Source: Geosiphon pyriformis uo1
Lineage: Eukaryota; Fungi; Glomeromycota
Direction of reading: 5' to 3'
DNA length: 64,000 bases
NCBI GenBank assembly: GCA_016748015.1
Contig: JAAOMT010000439.1
Span: 579,527-643,526, forward strand
Below, in pieces: positions 13,281 to 28,080 of this stretch (position 1 is its first letter; each line of letters starts with the position of its first letter). The notes beneath the pieces are model-generated. The model searched no databases. It had not been told where the DNA came from and worked only from the letters and a program-made list of their open reading frames with translations. The position numbers and the translations under genes were made by a program.

Positions 13281-15155
13281 ATGGATTTGAAGACTGCTTC
13301 GAGCAGTGATATGTCCAAAAAGAAGGTGCCCAAAGGTGCTTTCTATGGTCCTGCTGGTGATTCTTTTGCTCAGAAAAAAAAGGTGGTTCTTGAGAATGTT
13401 AAACACTCTGGTGATGAGAAGGATATCTCTTTAAGTAAATCTGGGTCTGGTGATAGTGTGTATTCTGATGTGGATAGTATATCTGGTGATGATGAGGATG
13501 TTGGCATGTCTGGTATAAGTGAGAAATCTCCGCTGGGCTCGGCTGCCACTACTCCCAAAGCAAAACATGTTAATACTGGTACAATGTTTGGCTCTTCACT
13601 TGGTTCTCCTAATTTTGTTATGAATGATGATGAAATTGTGCTTCCTTCTTGCTTGTCTATCTCTCTGGAAAAAAAGTGGATCAATCCAAAAATTATTAAG
13701 ACTCCTGTGGAAGTATCAATCAAAAAATCCTTTGCATTGGATATTGATCTCTTAGCTGTAGAAGGTAATTCAGCAACGGCAAAAACCCGGCTAATTAGGA
13801 AAATTTTTTCTTCAGTCAATGGTTTTGGGGGGGCCACTACCTCCTCAAAATTTGAAGGAATCATCAGATTTACCTTCACATCAGAGGAAAGCATGAAAAA
13901 GACTGCGTCATTAGCCAGGGAAAAAGAAATCATTGTAAACACTGATCTCATGAAATCAGGAGTACGTTCAGATTGAGCCATGGTAATCAAAGAAATTCCC
14001 ATGGATACCCTGAAGGAAATAATTGTCACCGTAGTCGCCGAGTTTGGAGAAATCAAGTTGATCAAGATTCAGTTAATTGGCATGTGGCAGAAGGCTGTGG
14101 TGAAGTTTGCCAAATTGAGTCAAGCAGATCAGTTAGCGTCAAGATGGTCATTCTTAATCGGAAAAGATTCAATGCGTGTGGCCAAAGCCATGGGAGATCA
14201 TAATATCTGGGCCTTTAGGGATCGTTTTAGGGCACTTCTGTTTACATTGCCAGTAAGAACAACAGTGCATGATCTTAGTAATCTTTTGGATAGGGCTGGT
14301 GGCAAAACTTGCATCATTAATTGTTCATTGAACACTGGTAATAGAATTCATTGTGCTATGGTTGGCTTCAAATCTGAGAATGATCTGAATTCTGCTTTTC
14401 TCACTGAGCCTGTTTTTGGTGGTGTTCGACTTTTATGGGCTAGATTTGATGTGATTTGATATGGGAAATATGGGTGTCTTGGTCATTCAGCTTTTGAGTG
14501 TGATGCTTCGAATGTATTGTCTCTTGTGCCCTTATCTTCATTTAAAAAGCCTGCTTCTGGTGCCAATTGCCTCCAGCTGGCCAAACTGTATGCAAGGAAA
14601 AATGTTCCTATCTCTCGTCCTGCTGCTTTTGATGGCAAGTCATGAGCCCAAGTGGTGTCTTTTGCTCCCTTTTCTGGTGGTTCTTCTTCTGGTTCTGGTT
14701 TTGATTCTAGTGTCTTCTTTCTTGGTGTCCCTGGTCTAGATGGTGGTGGTTTTCTACTTCCAAATGACAATTATTCATTGAGTGCTCGTTTGGCATCTTT
14801 AGAACATTCCTTGGGGCTCCTACATGATCAGATTTCTCATATTGTGTGCAAACTTAGTGGCATGAATTTGGTGCCTTTGGCCCCCCCTCCTTTTTCTTCT
14901 GGTGTTTTGGCTGTCCCAGTGACTGCCGATATTAATATGATTTTGGATGCTATTCCAACCATTCCTGTGGTGACATCTTTACTTCCTTCTGTTGGTTCGA
15001 ATTTGGGTTCAAGTAGTTCAAAGGTTTTGACCTCTAAGATGGGTTCTTTAGAATCCAAGCTGGCAGCTCTCAACACCTCTGTTGGTACAATTCTGGGGAA
15101 GTTTGATCAGTTGTGTGCTAGTTCAGGGTCTCAGGTGTCCTCCTATTTTCAATGA
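13281..15155 (+). pseudogene. LINE C ORF1 (RRM-like region, CCHC knuckle, C-terminal coiled coil) with in-frame stops
   Basis: Same-frame ORFs 13281-13976, 13980-14459, 14652-15155; EFGEIKLIKIQLIGMWQKAVVKF; knuckle decayed to YGKYGCLGHSAFEC (CNRCEKFGHSVLEC in copy D). Confidence 0.88.
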
Positions 15156-18100
15156 ATGACCTGGTTTGAAAAGTGGCTACGTGTAATATAAGAAGAATGA
15201 ACAATCCTGCGAAACAGGACAATATTATTTGTTGGCATAAGGATATGAACAATTTAGTTTCTATTTTCACGGAATCAAAATTAAAAGGAAAGATTCGCTC
15301 CTGGATTGTCAACAAATTTAATGGTGTATGGGTGTTTATCTCTGGTATGGAATCTGGTTATCTAGGTGCAGATGTGGTGATTGTCATGAATTTTTCTTTG
15401 GGGTGACATATTTGTAAGATTTTGGAAGTGCCTGGTTGGCTCCTGTCCATCAGTTGCTTTTCAGAAATAAACTGTCTGTGTTAATTTTGGGGCTGTACAC
15501 TGGTGCCTCTTCGGTGGCTCAGTTTTCTCAAGCTGGCAACATCAACTCTCTTATTGCAAAGGCTGTCAATGAATCTTCTTTCATCATTTTTGGTGGCAAT
15601 TTTAATGAAGACAGCTCTCGTAAGTGTGCAAGTTTTAGGAAATGCCTGGACATGGGTTTGGTTAATGCTCTGGATAAGAACTCCTATGGGAAATTGCCAA
15701 TTTGGTCTAATTCTCGGGGCATTGCTAAGACGATTGATTATGTGCTTATTTCTTCAAACCTAGTCAATGCAGTGGTGGATTGCGACGTGGTTAGTGTTAG
15801 GGAATACTTTGATACTGATCATCAGGCTGTCTCAGTGTGGGTGGATTTAGGCAGTCTGCTAAATGTCCAGTTGAATTCTGTCTGCAAGCAGGCAAATAAG
15901 GATCGCTAGAAGTACAATTGCAAAGGTGCGGATGATATTAAATGGGCCAAATTTGAGAAGGATACTGCGGCAAATGCTGCTATGTTTTATGACAATTTTC
16001 TTGCAGCCAGGATCTGCTCAGACTTGGATTCGATGTGAGTTGCTCTTCGTAAAGTAATGTGTCTATCTGTTGAGGCAGTTTTTAAGAGAAAGTGGTTTAA
16101 GGACTTTGATAAAATTTTTAGCAAGGAATCATCCAAGTTTTACAGGCTAGAGCTCTTGGTGTCTAAGTTAGTTAAAGCATCTCGTCTGAATTCTGCTGAG
16201 GAGTTTACATCCTTGCTCGACAGGTGGGAAGGTGTGGATTCAGTCAATGCCTCTATGGTGAGGTCTCTCTTCCTGTCAGGTTCCCACTTCGATGCTATTC
16301 AGTCAGTTTTGTCCAAAGTCAAAAAGTCTTATCGCTCCTCCAAGATGTTTGAAGCAGAGTAGATTAGGGAATCTCAGATCAGGTGGGTGATAGATAAAAG
16401 GATGGAAAGTTTTGAATTGGACAAGGGTCATATTATTAGGAGTGTATTGGAACGTCCTTTTCGCAAGATAACTTTGGATCATCTGATTGTTGATGATGAG
16501 TTGGTGTTGGAGCCTGATTTGGTTAAGGCCAAAGTAGATGCAGTCATGGAGGGTTGGACTAGGAAGCGCAGTGTATTTTCTGATGTTACTGGTGTCTGGA
16601 GTCACCAATACCAGCCTTTGGAGTATGTTTTTGATAATGCTTTTTCTGGTGTAATGTGCCCAATTGATTTTGATGAGATGTCTAGTGTTATTTCAAGTCT
16701 GCCCGATGGAAAAGCAGCTGGTCTCTCTGGTATCTCGAATGAGTTGTGAAAACATTGCAACAAATCAGTTCTGGATATGCTTTTAGTGCTTTTGAATATT
16801 TGCTTGGAACATGAATCTGTTCCTGGACCTTGGAAGGAGGCTTGGGTGTCGATGATCCCTAAACCATATGAGTGGGAGGGTGTTCTCACGAATACCTGTC
16901 CTATTGCTTTGATTGAAATGGCTCATAAAGTCTTTTCTAAAGTGCTTTTGGACAGGATTTCTTCAGCTTATAGTGTTTTTGATGTTCTGAGAGGGGATAA
17001 TTTTTCTGTCTTAAAAGGTATAACAACGCAATCTCCTATTTTTGCTATTGGATCAGTCATAGAAGATGCTTTAGAAAAGAACCAAGAGCTGTGGCTGGTC
17101 TTGCAGGACATGTGAAAGGCTTATGACTCTGTTGGTTGGGAACATCTGAGGAAAAGCTTGGTTAGAATAAAGATGTGTGACAAATTCATTCGGTTTTTTG
17201 GTAGCATCCACAATGATCAGGTCAAGAGAGTTATGACAGATTTTGGGTTGACCAATGAATATCAGGTACATGATGGCTTAGACCAAGGGGAGGTGTTTTC
17301 TCCTCTTCTTTGGCACATATTTTATGATCCTCTTTTGTGTGAAGTCAAGAGACAAGAAAGTGTATGTGGATACAGATTAGACTCTCATTTTGTTGCCAAC
17401 ACTGGTCACACTGAATCTCGGGCTGGTTTGACTTCTTTCCTCACAGCTAGTGCTTTCATCGATGATACGATTTGAATTGGTAGCAGCCAGGCTGCCACCC
17501 AACATATTCTCAATGTTGCTAGTGATTTCTTTCGAGTCAATGACATCTCGATCAATAATGACAAGACGGTGGCCATTTCCATTAATTGCAGAGTTTCCAA
17601 TCCTCATTTGTTGATCAGTGGTTTGCCTATTTTGATAGCCAAAAGGGGAGAGTCTCATTAATACCTGGGTATTTTTCTGTCTACTGAAGGTTTGTCTAAG
17701 TCTAGCTTGGCTAAGGCATGCTTGGATGTCCAGTTCTTCACCAACGTTGTTCTGAGAAAAGCTATCTCTGATAAGCAGTTCTCGTATTTGGTCTCAGCAG
17801 TTCTTCCCCCCATCATTGCCTACAGGACTCAGTTTAGTTTTGTTTCTATTAGTGTGTGTGCAAAATGAGACACTATGATTCATAAAGTTTTGAAGTCCAA
17901 ATCTGGCCTGCTGTTTGATTTTCCCAATTATGCTGTTCATCATCCTTTTTTGTATGGGTTGAAATCTTTTGAACAGGTCCAGGCAGAGAGCAAGTCAGCT
18001 GCTGTTGTTTGCTTCACTAATTCTGTGAGTATCTTGGGCTGCTTGTTCGCGCATAGGTCTCATGACTTACAAGTTCTCAGCTGGCGCCCTCACCATCCCC

Positions 18101-19838
18101 TGCTTTTCCCTTCTTATATTAGTGTCAGTCCTTTGAATAATTTTTTGGCTGGTGTCATCTGAATTTTTTTGGGTTGTGACCTTTCTCTGGGTGGTCTCAT
18201 GACCAAAGCTTTTCGTTTTCAAAAAGGGACCCCAATGTTTATTGTTTTGGCAAGCCAGCTTTTTATAAATGTGTCTCTTCGCTTCAACGATATGAAATTG
18301 CCTTTGTTGAGCAGTTTCGTGATCAAACTGGTTCTGTTTTCGAATGGAGGACTTTCAAGTGGTGGAAGAGACTGGACCCTTAGGGCCCAGTTCCTGATTG
18401 GTTTAATGTTGCTGTTCACTTTTTGTCTGGTTCCAGGTCTTTTCCCATTTGCTCTCTTTCGTCACTAAATATTGTTATGTCTGATGTCCTTAAGTCTTGT
18501 GAGTTTGATGTTGTCTGCAATCATTTGTTGAAGGTTGATTCTGATCACCTTTCTTTGTTTATGGATGGTTCTCTGTGTGGGCTGAGTACTCTTGGTATGA
18601 AGGCTGGTGCCACTGCTTTTTTTGGGGACATTGATTTGGGTTTGGGTGTGGAAGTTTCTGGTTTGGTTTCTTCTACTATAGTGGAGTTACAGGCCATTGC
18701 TTTGGCTTTCGAGTGTGTTCCTCCTTCTCGTTCGGTCAATCTGTTTTCAGACAGCCAGGCCGCATTGGATGCTTACAAGTCAGAGTTAATGTTGGGTCAT
18801 CCAGATTTCAGAAATCGGTGTTGGGTCGAACACTGCCATATTTTTAATGTCATTTGTCACAAGAATTTGGATGTTAATTGGATTAAAGTTAGAGGTCACT
18901 CTGGGGTCTTGGGCAATGAGCATGCTGACACTTTGGCTAGGACTGCTGCATCTTCTGGTGTGCATTTTCCTCACAGGATTGATGAACATTTTCTCAGGGC
19001 TGGTGGTGCTGTGGTTTCTGGTAATTTTAGACATTTTGTTCGTGGTGTTTTTTACTCTATTCACTGTGCACATTGGGAGGTTGGTTCTGGTTCTCAGGTT
19101 TTGGTAGACAGCCTGCGTGCTGATGTTGATTGGTTCAGATCATGTTCAGTGTGGCATTCAGACTCTCATTTGGCTGCTGGTTTCACTAGTACTCGTACTG
19201 CTAATTCTCGGACATATTTTATGAAGGCATTGCATCATCATCTTCCTGTTGCTGTGTGTAAGCAACTATACAGTAAGGGGTACCCCAGTGTGATGTGTTT
19301 GTTCTGTGGTGATGTTGAGATTTCAGATCATGTTTTTTCTTGCTCTTTCGATGCTGGTGATTGTGCTTGGTTGATGAACACTCATGCATCTGTTTGGGAA
19401 ACATGCTCAGGTTTGTCTCGTTCGACTTCACATGTTTCGCAGTTGCTTTCTGATTGTGCTTCCAATGCTGTTGTTAGTACGGCTATAAGTAAGGACTTTG
19501 TTTTCAATGAGTGGTATCATAAATCTCTTTCTGTTTTCAAGGACTCTAAAACAACGGCTCAAAATATTGTGGCTTTTGTTTGCAAATTCTGTTTTGCATT
19601 CCGTGATGATATTTGGCTGGTGCATATGAAACACAGAGCTGTTATGGAGAAAGATGGCTTGATCCTATGTGACGGCTCTATTCCTATCTCAGTTTCTGGT
19701 CTTCCTTTGGTGTTCTCGTCTGGTATGGTTAGATTGTTGGGTATTACTGATGCACTTGGTGTTAGTTTTGGGTTTCGTAAATCTAGTTTATTCTTTTTAG
19801 GTATAGATAATTTGGTCTTGGTGCATATAGGTGCCTAG
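15152..19838 (+). pseudogene. LINE C ORF2: APE endonuclease, reverse transcriptase, RNase H, Cys/His finger; stops and at least two frameshifts
   Basis: ATCNIR..N, TESK, GGNFN, TIDY, DTDH (APE); KAAGLSG, MIPKP, PIAL, QDM*KAYDSV, GLDQG, AFIDD (RT); FMDGS, ELQAI, SDSQAAL, KVRGHSGVLGNEHAD (RNase H). Confidence 0.93.
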
Positions 19839-20503
19839 TGTTGTTCTGACTAGTCTGAGTGGCTGGTTACGTGTAGAAAAAACATGATTTATGCCTAGTT
19901 TAGATCACTTGTATGATGTATTGTACTAGGTAGTGTTTGGACCTCACTCGTTAAAAATAAAAAATAAAAAATAAAAAATAAAAAATAAAAAAAATTTTTA
20001 TTAATAATACTATATTTGTTTAAAAACTAATTAATAAAAACCATTTTAAATTTTTTTAATAAGTACAATATGTTAAAAAATATTAAATTATCTAGAATAT
20101 TAGATATTAAAATATTATTAATAAAGTAAAACACATTAAAAATATTGTTTATAAATAATAAATCATAAATTAAGAATATTTTTGATAATAGTTAAAAAAT
20201 TATTGTTAAAATTAATTATTAATTTTATAAAATATTGTAACAAATATTTAAATATTTAATTTAATACTTATAAATTTAAGATTTTATAGTTAAAAAATCT
20301 ATTTAGTAAATTATTTAAAAAAATTATTACCAAAACTGGTTTTTTTATTTTTATTTATTTAAAAAATTTTAAATTATATAAAAAAAGATAATAAATAACT
20401 TTATTAAAATAATTTTTATGTAAATTTGTTTAAATTTCAAATTTTTTTAATTTAAAATATTTTATTTATTACAAATATTTTTTAAAATAAACCTAAATTA
20501 AGA

Positions 20504-23500
20504 AAAAACAAAAACTTTTTTCTCTCATACATCCCAAATTTCCCAAAGAGCACAATTTTGGAAGAAGTTTTTTGTTTTTTCTATCTGTTTTATTTCACTA
20601 TTTCTTTTACACATAACTCATTTGTTGTGGATATAAAGGCTGCCTCTAATAGCAGTTTGTCAAGTTCAAAAACTTCCTTGGGTGCTTCTTCTGGTCCTGC
20701 TGGTGGCTTCTTTTCACAAAAAAAAGGGTTTCTCTTCACAATGTCAAGTATTCTGGTATTAAAGGTGGTGTTTCTTTGGCCAAATCTCATTCTGATGGGG
20801 GCATGTACTCTAATATGAAAAATAATTCTAGTAGTAGTATTGTTGATGATGTCCTGGTCAGTAGTAGTGATAAGTTTTTTCTTGGTTCAGCTGCTACAAC
20901 TCCTAAGGCAAAGAAAGTTAAAAATAATTTGGCCTGTGGTCTCCCTCTTGGCTTTCTGGATTATGATATGGATAACAATGATGGTGGTTTCCTCCCTTCC
21001 CCTCTTGGTATTTCTTTGGAAAGAAAGTGGTTAGATCCCAAAATAATCAAAACTCAGATGGAAGTTGCTGTGAAAAAATCTTTTGCTCTGAACATTAATC
21101 TCTTAGTTATGGAAGGCAAATCAGCTATAACCAAAACTCAAGTCATCAGAAAATTATTTTCAAAAATCAATGGTTTTGGGGGGGCCACTACCCCCTCAAA
21201 ATTTGAAGAGATTATCAGATCTATTTTCACTTCAGAGATTAGCATGAAAAAGGCCACATTATTGGCCAGAGAAAAAAGGATTACTGTAAATACCAATCTT
21301 AAGAAACAAGAAATTTGTTCGGATTGGGCCATAATAATAAAGAAAATTCCCATAGATACGCCAAAGGGAATAATCATTGCAGCTCTTTCTGAGTTTGGTC
21401 AAGTAGTGTCGATCCGATTACAACTTATTGGGCTGTGGCAAAAGACTGTAGTGGAGTTTGCCAAATCAAGTCAAGCAGATTTGTTGGCAGCTAAGTGGTC
21501 ATTCTTGATCAGGAAAAATTCAGTGTGCGTGGCCAAAGCTGTAGGGGATGGTAAGACATGGGCATTAAGGGATCGGTTTAGGGCACTTTTGTTTACTTTG
21601 CCTGTGGGTACAACTGTGCATGATCTTGGAAATCTTTTGAAAGGGGCTGGTGGGAAGACATGTGTTATTAATCAGTTATTAAAAAGTGGCAATAAGACTT
21701 GCTGTGCTGTGGTTGGCTTCAAGTCTGATAAAATGTTGGAGTCGGCTTTTTGCACAGTTCTAATTCTTGGTGGAGTGAAGCTTTCTTAGGCTAGATTGGG
21801 TCTTGCTTAGTGTAATAGATGTGAGAAGTTTGGTCATTCAGTTTTGGAGTGTAATGCTGAGATTGCTTTCACTCCCAAGCCTCCAAAATTATTTATAAAG
21901 TGGGTCACTTTGAATGAGAATTGCCTCCAATTTGCCAAGTTGTACACAAAAAAGAGTGTCCCTATCTCTCGCCCAGCTGTCTTTGGCAGTAAATTGTAGG
22001 CTCAGATTATTTCTTCTGCATCTACATCTTATGGTCTTTCTGTTGGGTCTGATTCGAGTTTCTCTTCCTTTGGTGGTCCAGATTCTGGTAGTCTACCTCC
22101 TTCTACTTTCATGTTTAACTCTGCTTTGAATGAATGCTTGTCGTCTTTGAAATGATCTTTGGAACTTTTGTCGGACCAAGTGTTGTGTATAGTAAAATGC
22201 CTAAATGGTGTCAGGTTGGTGTCTTTGGTATCTGTTTCAAAGGAAACTCCTGCTATGTCTGTTTCTCAACCTCTTGCTTCTATTCCGTTTATGGTTGCAA
22301 ATTTAAATTTCCTTTCTGATATGGTCTTGGATAATCCTAATAGTCTTTTTGATACCTTCCTTCCTATTGCTACTGACAGTCTGGTTTTTGGCTTAAGCAG
22401 TTTTAAGGTCTTAACTTCCAAGTTGAACAGTCTTAAATCTAAATTTGTGGCTCTAGAAGTTTCAGTAAATTTCATTTTAGTGAGGTTTGATCAGTTGTTT
22501 GCTGGCTCAAAGTTGTCATTGTCCTTCAATTCTCAATAAACAGTTTAGTTTGGAAAGTTGCAATGTGTAATATTAGGGGAATGAACAATCCTGTAAAACA
22601 GGATGATATTATTCATTGGCATAAAAAAATGAACAATGTGATTTTGATTGTTACTAAAACTAAGTTGAAAAGTAAGATCCGTTCTTGGATCATGAACAAG
22701 TTTGATGGCGTTTGGGTTTTTACTTCTGGTTTGAATTCTGGTTACCTGGGTTCTGGGGTTGCAATCATTATGAACAATTTTTTGGCTCAGCATATATACA
22801 AGGTTTTGGATATTCCTGGCCAGTTTCTTTTTCTCAGGCTCCTTTTCAAAAATAATCTTTCTGTGTTAGTTTTGGGGCTATATGCTGGAGCTTCTCTGGC
22901 AGTTTGTTTCTCTCAAGCAAATAATGTTAATTTTTTGATTGCAAGGGTGGTGAATAAGTCTTCTTTCATCATCTTGGGTAGTGATTTCAATAAAGATGGT
23001 TCTCACAAAAGTGCAAGTTTCAAAAGATGTTTTGATTTAGGTTTGGTTAACTCCTTGAGTGAGAGCTCATATGAAAAGAAAGCTACGTGAAACAATTCTT
23101 GGGAAGTTGCCAAAACTATTGACTATGTGTTTGTGTTGTCGAATCTAGTTAATGCAATTTTAGATCGTGATATAGCTGGCATTGAAGAGTTTTTCGATAC
23201 TGATCATAGAATTGTTTTTGTTTCTGTGGGTCTTGGTGGTTTGCTGGATGTGCAATTAAACTCATTGCATAAACAGATGAATAAGGATTGTTGGAAGTAC
23301 AATTTTAAAAGTGCTGATGATGCTTTATGATCAAAGTTTAAGGATAAAATGATGGCTAATGCTGTCATGCTCTCTGATAATTTCTTGAATGCCAAAATGC
23401 ATTCGGATTTGGATGCTATGTGAGATGCTGTTCATAAGACATTGTGTTTTTTGGCAAATGTGGTTTTTAAAAAAAAATGGTTCAAGGAATATGATGGTGT

Positions 23501-26500
23501 TTTTACCAAAACCTCATCCAGGTTTCATAGATTGAAGCTGCTGGTGTTTAAATTGGTTAAAGCTTCCCAGTTGATCGATCGTGATGTATTCACTTTGCTG
23601 CTAGAAACTTGGATTCTGCTTAATTCTGTTAATGCTTTGTTGGTGAAATCTCTTTTTCTCTCAGGTTTCCTTTTGAATAATATACAATCTGCTCTTTCAA
23701 AGATCAGGAAATTTTATCATGCTTCTAAGTTGTTAGAGTCGAAATGTGCTGAGAATTTTTATATCAGGTCTGCTATCAATAGAAAGATGGAAAGCTTTGA
23801 GTCAAACAAAGGTCACACTATCAGGAATGTCTTGGAGCGGTCCTTTCACAAAGTTGTTTTAGATCATTTGGTGGTGGGTGAGGAGCTGATCTTGGAGCCT
23901 AATCATGTTAAAAATAAAGTGGATGAGATAATGGAGAGTTGGACGCAGAAGTGAGATGTGGTTTGTAATGTGCCTGAGAATAGGTCTTGTCAGTATCAGC
24001 CTCTGGAACATGTTTTTAATGGTGCCTTTTTCAATGTCATGGACTGTGTTAGTTTTGTTGAATTATTTGGTGTGGTCTCCAATCTGCCTGATGAGAAAGC
24101 TGCTGGTCTTTCAGGCATTTCCAACAAACTCTGAAAGCATTGTAACGGTTTAGCTCTTAATATGTTCTTGGTTCTCATCAATTTTTGTCTTTCTGATAAA
24201 TCAATTCCTGGTGTTTGGAGGGAGACTTGGGTTTTAATGATTCCTAAGCCTTATGAATAGGAAGGCATGCTCACTAATACTCATTCTATAGCTCTGATTG
24301 AAACAGCTTGTAAGATTTTTTCTGACAGAATCTCATTGGCATGCAGCAAGTATGATGTTTTTTATGATGACAATTTTTTAGTTTTAAAGGATACTATGAC
24401 TTAGTCCCCCATTTTTGCAGTTGGTTCAGTGATCAAAGACACTATAGAAAAGAACCGGAAGCTCTGGCTGGTTTTACAGAACATGCAAAAGACTTATAAT
24501 TCTGTTGGTTGGGAATATTTCAGGAATAGTCTGGTTAGAATCAAAATGTGTAGCAAGTTTATTCAATTTTTTGGGGGTATTCATGGTGGTTGTACCAACT
24601 GGGTTATGACTGATTTTGGGTTAACAAGTGGTTATTATGTGCATGATGACTTGGACCAAAGGGAGGTTTTCTCACCTTTCCTTTGGCGGATATTTTATGA
24701 TCATCTTCTGTACAAGGTTAAGAGACAGGAGAGTGTATGTGGGTATAGATTGAATTTTTATTTCATTTCTAGGACTGGTCGTGTAGAATCTCAAGCTGAG
24801 TTAACTTCATTTCTTGCTGCTGGCGCTTTTGTGGATGATATAATCTGGGTTGATAGTAGTCAGGTGGTGGCACAACACATTTTAGATGTTGCTAGCAAAT
24901 TTTTCAGGCTTAATGACATTTCAATTAACAATAATAAAATCATGGCCATTTCTATCAACTGCCAGGTTGCAAATCTCTCTCTTTTGATAAGTGGAATGCC
25001 TATATCTGTGGCCAAAAAGGGAGAACTTCATCAGTATTTGGGTATCTTTTTGTCCACTGAGAGTCTTTTTAAATCCAGTCTTGCTAAAGCTTATTCAAAC
25101 ATCAAGTTTTTTGCTAATCTTGTGTTAAAAAAGGCCATCTCTGATAAACAATTTTCATATTTGATGTCTTTAGTTCTCCATTCTATTGTGAATTATAGAA
25201 CTCAGTTCAGCTTTGTTCCTTCTAGTGTGTGCAACAAATAGGATACTATGATTTGCAAGAGTTTGAAATTGAAATCTGGTCTGCCTTTGGATTTTCCCAA
25301 TGATGCATTGCATCACCCCTCATTGTATGGCTTGAATACTTTTAAACAAATCCAGGCTGAACACAAAGTGGCATTTGTTGTTTGTTTTGCAAATTCGGTT
25401 GGTATTTTGGGTTGTTTGTTTGCTTACAGATCTCATAACTTGCAAGTTTTGTGTTGGCATCCAATCCATCTCTTGAGTTTCTCTGCTCGTATTGGTGTTG
25501 GTGCTTCCAATAATTTTTTGGCAGGCTTGGTTTGTATATTTCATGATTATAATCTTTCTCTGAGTGGCATCGGAGCCAATGCTTTTCGTCTTCGGAAAGA
25601 GACCTCTATGGTATCTGTTCTTGGTGAGTCTAAATTTGTCAGATGTCTTCCATCTCTTCGGCATTATGGTGTTGCTTTTGTGGACCAACTTCGGAACTGT
25701 AGTGAAGCTGCTTTTACTTAGGCAATCTTTAAACATTGGAAGTGGTTGGACCCACATGGGCCGATTCCTGTCTGGTTTGATCTTTCAGTTTCTTTTATCA
25801 ACATGGTGGCTCCCATTTTTGTCATGTCTTCTGCTGTTGGTAGGGTTGCCCCTCAAAATGTCCTGGATTCAATTGAATTTGTTATGATTTGCGATCATTT
25901 GCTTGGTGTCAGTACTGATAGTATTTCAGTTTATACTAATGGTTTTTTGGCTGGTTTGGGTACTGTTGGCATGCGGGCTGGTGCTGTCATTTTTTTTGAT
26001 AGTGTTAATTTGGGTTTGGGTGTTAAAGTCTCTGGTTTGGTGTCTTCTACTATGGTAGAGTTGCAGACTATTGCTCTGGCTTTTGAGTGTGTTCCCCTTT
26101 TTAGTTCTGTTCATTTGTTCTCTGACAGTCAGACGGCTTTGAATGCATGCAAATCTGAGCTGAGTCTGGTAGTTCCAGACTTTCAAAATCGATGCTGGTT
26201 AGAATGCCAACACATTTACAACTTGATTCATAATAAAAATCTGAACATCTGTTGGTTTAAAGTCAAAGAACATTCTGGTGTTGTGGGTAATGAGCATGTG
26301 GATGCTTTTGCTACAGCTGCTACTATGTCTGAACATTCTCTTTCTTTGCGTGTGAATACATGCTATATTTTGGCAGGTGGTGTGACTGTTTCTGGAAATT
26401 CTAGACATTTTGTTTATGATATTTTCCATTGTGTTCATCATGCTCAATGGGAGATTGGTTCTGGTTTTAGGGTCTTGGTCACCAGTTTGCATGATGATGT

Positions 26501-27338
26501 GAACTGGCATAGATTTTTTTTCATGTGGCATTCTAATATGCATATGGCTGCTGGTTCTATTAGTAAATGTTTTGTCAGTGCTCATATTTATTTTATGAAG
26601 GCTCTATATCATCGACTGTCTGTCGCTGTCTGCAAGTGCCTTTATAGTAGATCTTATCCCAGCATTTTATGCTTGTATTGTGGTAAAGTCAAAGTTTCCA
26701 ATCATGTTTTCTCTTGTGGTTCTGATACTGCTATCTGCACCCAGCTATTGGACACATATGCAGCTATCTGGGGAGCACTCTCCAGTTTACTCCAGTCATT
26801 ATTATGAATTATGCAGCTTATGCTCTCTTGTATTTCTAACACTTTGTTGTATTCAGTGTTTTGTAAGAGCTTTATGTTCAAACTTTGTTTTCAGGAAGTG
26901 GTTTCGGTTTTCAGAGACTCAAAGATTGCTTGTCAAAAGATGGTAGAATTTGTGCGAAATTTTTGTCTTGCTTTTAGGGATGAGGTTTGGCTGGTTTGTG
27001 TGAATCACTGTGCTTTAATAGAGAAACATGGCCTGATTCCTAAAGATGGCTCTGTTTCTGGCCTAGTGTGTGGTCTTTTTTCATTATTCTCTGCAGGAGT
27101 GATAAAGATGTTGGGTATTACAGAGGCTTTTGGCATTAGCTTTGGCTTTCATGCATCTTGTTTATTTTTTTCAGGTATTGAGGATTCTGTATTAATTATT
27201 ATAGATGCTTAGTGTAGTTCTGATTGGCCTGAGTGGCTGGTCATGTGTAGAAAATGCATGATTTATGTCTAGTTTAGATCTCTTATGATGTATTGTACTA
27301 AGTAATATTTGGATCTCACTCATTAAACAATAAAAAAA
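20504..27338 (+). mobile_element. LINE copy D, full length, inactivated; TSD AAATTAAGA
   Basis: ORF1 ~20633-22539 (ATG mutated to ATA), ORF2 ~22536-27212 with AFVDD and RNase H, 3' UTR, poly-A; AAATTAAGA at 20495-20503 and 27339-27347. Confidence 0.95.
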
Positions 27339-28080
27339 AAATTAAGATTTGTAATTAATAATAAACTAATATTAAATAAAATACTGTTTATTAAAAACAG
27401 GTTTTTTTAATATTATATTTAACTATTAATCAAACTAAGTTTAATTAAACTATTTATTAATAAATAAATATCCAAATATTTATAAATTTTTTTTTGAAAT
27501 AAAAATAAACTAATTGTCAATATATAAAAAAGTGTTTTTGATTTTTTAATTAATAAAAATAATTATTGTTTTATTATTATTAATTGAAATATTATTAATA
27601 CTAAAGAATTTATTTGTAATATTTAAAATAATTAAATAAAAATCTGATTATTCTTAATTTTAATTGTATTATTAACAAATATTTTAGTTATTAAATATAA
27701 AATTAAATTAATTTATGTCTTAATTTTATCAAACTTAATAATAAATTTGAAATTATTTTGTATCTGCACAAAATATTCATGTTTTTTAATTTTATATAAA
27801 AATAAAAAAATTGTTTTAATCTAAATTATTATGTATTATATAGTTATTATTTAAACTAAAATTTATTATTATTTTGTTAATATAAATATTATAGATATTT
27901 TTAAAAAAATTAATAAACTTTTTACATATTTTAATTTTGATTAAATTTTTTTAAATAATATTATATGTTTTATATATGTTTTATAAGATTAATTAAAGCT
28001 TTTATTTCTTTTTTAATATATTTTTATTACTAAATTTATTGTAAAATTGGAAATTATATTAAAGTATTCTTTAAAATTTA

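Larger units (their letters stand above)
13167..19993 (+). mobile_element. LINE copy C, full length (~6.8 kb), inactivated
   Basis: Pyrimidine-rich 5' UTR, ORF1, ORF2, conserved 3' UTR 19839-19952, (AAAAAAT)n-like tail 19953-19993. Confidence 0.95.

Noticed and set aside
13370-14065. Antisense and alternate-frame ORFs over LINE and gypsy coding regions (e.g. 13370-14065, 25320-25757, 47778-48347)
   Set aside because: Shadows of sense-strand codon bias with no recognisable motifs; recurrence in D and E reflects their recent common origin.
13281-27212. Alternative genetic code or programmed readthrough explaining the in-frame stops
   Set aside because: All three stop codons occur, they replace W, R or Q at positions that mostly differ between subfamilies, catalytic residues are also mutated, and the host genes read normally.
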